Assembly (NCBI GenBank): GCA_963745035.1
Contig: CAVUVW010000013.1
Coordinates: 1,376,001 to 1,440,000, forward strand
DNA length: 64,000 nt
Source of the DNA: an uncultured delta proteobacterium
Lineage (GTDB): Bacteria > Desulfobacterota > Binatia > UBA9968
Direction of reading: 5' to 3'
Positions 62,056-64,000 of the stretch are shown piece by piece. The stretch's first letter is position 1, and each line of letters starts with the position of its first letter. A program made the position numbers and the translations under genes. The notes below the pieces were generated by a model that saw only the letters and a list, made by a program, of their open reading frames with translations, was not told where the DNA came from and searched no databases.

Positions 62056-63141
62056 CTACGAGTGCTCATCCTGAGAAAACCACTCCGTCGGCAACTCTCT
62101 TCCTAAACCACGCGCTTTTGCGAGCTCGTAGACTCTCGCCGCGGCGGCGGAGAACTGAAGGCCAAGCCCCAAATGATTCAGCATGCAAGTCACGTCGGCA
62201 TCGCGCTTTCGCCCCGTCGCCATGCCCGCCATGATTTCTGATAACTCGGGTTTGTCGCGCCAGTCGGCGGCGGTTTTTTCCAGCTCCACGCGCCCGTAGT
62301 CGCCCTTGCCGAATTCGGGAACTTTGGTTTCCTCGCCGGGGAGCGTAAAGAGCTTCGCCGCCTCGCGCGTCGATACCGCGATCAGGTCGCAGCGCACCAG
62401 CGCATCGAGCATGAGCTCGCTCGGCCGCACGGTCGTGATATGCATGCCGTCGCTGATCCACGAAGCCGGGAAAAACGGGTCGAGCGCATTGGTCGCAAGC
62501 GAAACGATGTCCGCCCCTAGGGCGGCTTCTTTCGGAGACGAAACGGCCCGCACGGTTGCATCGGTGCCGGCGCTCATCTTGGTAACGAAAGCATCGCGAT
62601 TTTTTTTCGTTGGGCTAAAGACCCGCACTTCTTTGATCGGCAACACCTTGCATATCGCCGTTAGGGCCGGCCCGGCCTGCCACCCGGAACCGTAGAGGGC
62701 CATCACCGAGGAATCCTTGCGCGCCAGATACTTCGCCGAGAGCGCGTTGGTGACGCCGACGCGGATCGCCTGCATGAGCCCGTCGGGAAAAATAGCCAGA
62801 AGCTCTCCCGTCGCCGTGCTGAAAACGAGCACAAGGCCGACATATCTGCCGCCCATCGCCAGCGGAACTTTTACCCGGCGCTGCCGCCCATCAATCATCG
62901 GCCAGGTGAGAACATCAGAAGTCAGCCTCAAGGTCGTCACGCCGGCGCGCGGCAGCGACGCGCAGGAAGTCTTGAGTCCGTGATAGCTTTGGTGAAGCGG
63001 GCCCGGCACGAGCAGATCCTGGCGCGGCATGTTGACCGCGCGGCCGCTTCCCAAGTCGAGCAGGGCCGGCTCGAGCGCGTTGAAGCACTCCTCGAGAGTG
63101 AAAATACTCTCGATTTCTTCATTCGTGAGAATGAGAGTCAT
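62056..63141 (-). CDS. Ornithine cyclodeaminase/mu-crystallin family protein
   Basis: TGELLA..DG...IRVG, YGSGWQA, ADIV..AT, GLG.Q..AAA..VY..A..GLG. Confidence 0.88.
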   Translation of the reverse strand: MTLILTNEEIESIFTLEECFNALEPALLDLGSGRAVNMPRQDLLVPGPLHQSYHGLKTSCASLPRAGVTTLRLTSDVLTWPMIDGRQRRVKVPLAMGGRYVGLVLVFSTATGELLAIFPDGLMQAIRVGVTNALSAKYLARKDSSVMALYGSGWQAGPALTAICKVLPIKEVRVFSPTKKNRDAFVTKMSAGTDATVRAVSSPKEAALGADIVSLATNALDPFFPASWISDGMHITTVRPSELMLDALVRCDLIAVSTREAAKLFTLPGEETKVPEFGKGDYGRVELEKTAADWRDKPELSEIMAGMATGRKRDADVTCMLNHLGLGLQFSAAAARVYELAKARGLGRELPTEWFSQDEHS

Positions 63142-63163
63142 AGCTTGGGCAACTCGGCGAGAT

Positions 63164-64000
63164 TTAAGATCGTGCGTGCTTGAGCAGCACCGAAGTCAGG
63201 ACCGCGGCGATGAGCGGAAACAAGGCAATAGCGTTGAGCGCCGCGGGCAAGCCGTACACGTCCGCGATCACGCCGGCCAGAATGGGCGCAAGAAAAGAGA
63301 CGCTCATGTTGGCGCCGTAAATGAATGCGACGATGCTGCCGGAGAGGTTTTGCGGCGCGGAAGACATCGCCGCGGAAACGATCACGGGTCGGAGCGCCCA
63401 GAGGAGAGCGCCGAGTGCACCCATGCCGGCGCCGAGCATGAGCCCGGGGCCGAGATGCGGGATCGCGACGATTGTAACCGCGCTCAGCAGAGAAAATATC
63501 ACGATCAGGCGCTTGTGGCCGAAGCGATCGGAAATCCAACCGACCACCGCGGGAGCCATTCCTGCGAACAGGAACAGCACCGATATGTACGCGCCGGCAA
63601 CGCCCGCCGAGAGCTGCAAATGCAAGGAAAGATAGAGCGGCAAGAAAACGGCAAGAGCCGTCTGCCCCATTGCTCGCAGGGTTGAAACCACGACCAGGCC
63701 GAAGATCGCTTTATTTCGAAGCACGTCGTTCCAAACGGCCTTGCCGTAGTCGCGAGCGCGCGGTACAGGCAAACCGCCCTCGGCGCCGAACAGCATGTAA
63801 AGCCCGCCGATCACGATCCCCGGAATTGCCCAGATTTGCAGCACCGTGCGCCAGTCGAAGAAACTCAGCAAAAGGCCGATGGCGAGCGGTCCGACCACCT
63901 CGCCTAGGTTGGCGCTGCTGTCGTGAACGCCGAGCGCAAAAGCTTTTTGCTGACGATATTTCGCCGATAAGATCGCCAAAGACTGCGGGTGAAACCAACC
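63164..64000 (-). CDS. MFS transporter (5' end beyond window)
   Basis: Multiple TMs, GWISDRFGHK MFS loop motif, FHP..LA motif at the window edge. Confidence 0.9.
   Translation of the reverse strand, partial: GWFHPQSLAILSAKYRQQKAFALGVHDSSANLGEVVGPLAIGLLLSFFDWRTVLQIWAIPGIVIGGLYMLFGAEGGLPVPRARDYGKAVWNDVLRNKAIFGLVVVSTLRAMGQTALAVFLPLYLSLHLQLSAGVAGAYISVLFLFAGMAPAVVGWISDRFGHKRLIVIFSLLSAVTIVAIPHLGPGLMLGAGMGALGALLWALRPVIVSAAMSSAPQNLSGSIVAFIYGANMSVSFLAPILAGVIADVYGLPAALNAIALFPLIAAVLTSVLLKHARS

Overview
A 64-kb, GC-rich chromosomal window. Gene content (many Bug/TctC binding proteins, sigma54 activators, an rnj-ftsK-lolA-rimO-dksA block) suggests a deltaproteobacterial or Candidatus Binatia-like genome; this is inference only. 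About 20 genes carry single-base frameshifts, most likely long-read indel errors. Housekeeping genes (rmuC, aguAB, mazG, ssb, plsC, rnj, ftsK, lolA, rimO, dksA, hisF, trxB, moaC, rlmI, radC) alternate with accessory blocks: three sigma54 activator modules with visible -24/-12 promoters, a catabolic block of twinned paralogues (2 PYROXD2/CrtI-like oxidoreductases plus GcvT, 2 FAH, 2 VOC), and a TTT transporter island with 6 full tctC copies plus one fragment. The best candidate for an undescribed system is at 22.4-28.6 kb. Four paralogous small exported proteins (two lipoprotein + soluble pairs, all ending in PAKGE) sandwich a NarL-type two-component system next to a beta-barrel outer-membrane protein gene. 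A shared TACRACTYTAGRCY motif lies upstream of all three transcription units, and the barrel gene has a tandemly duplicated promoter. No rRNA, tRNA, CRISPR array, transposase or integrase was recognised.
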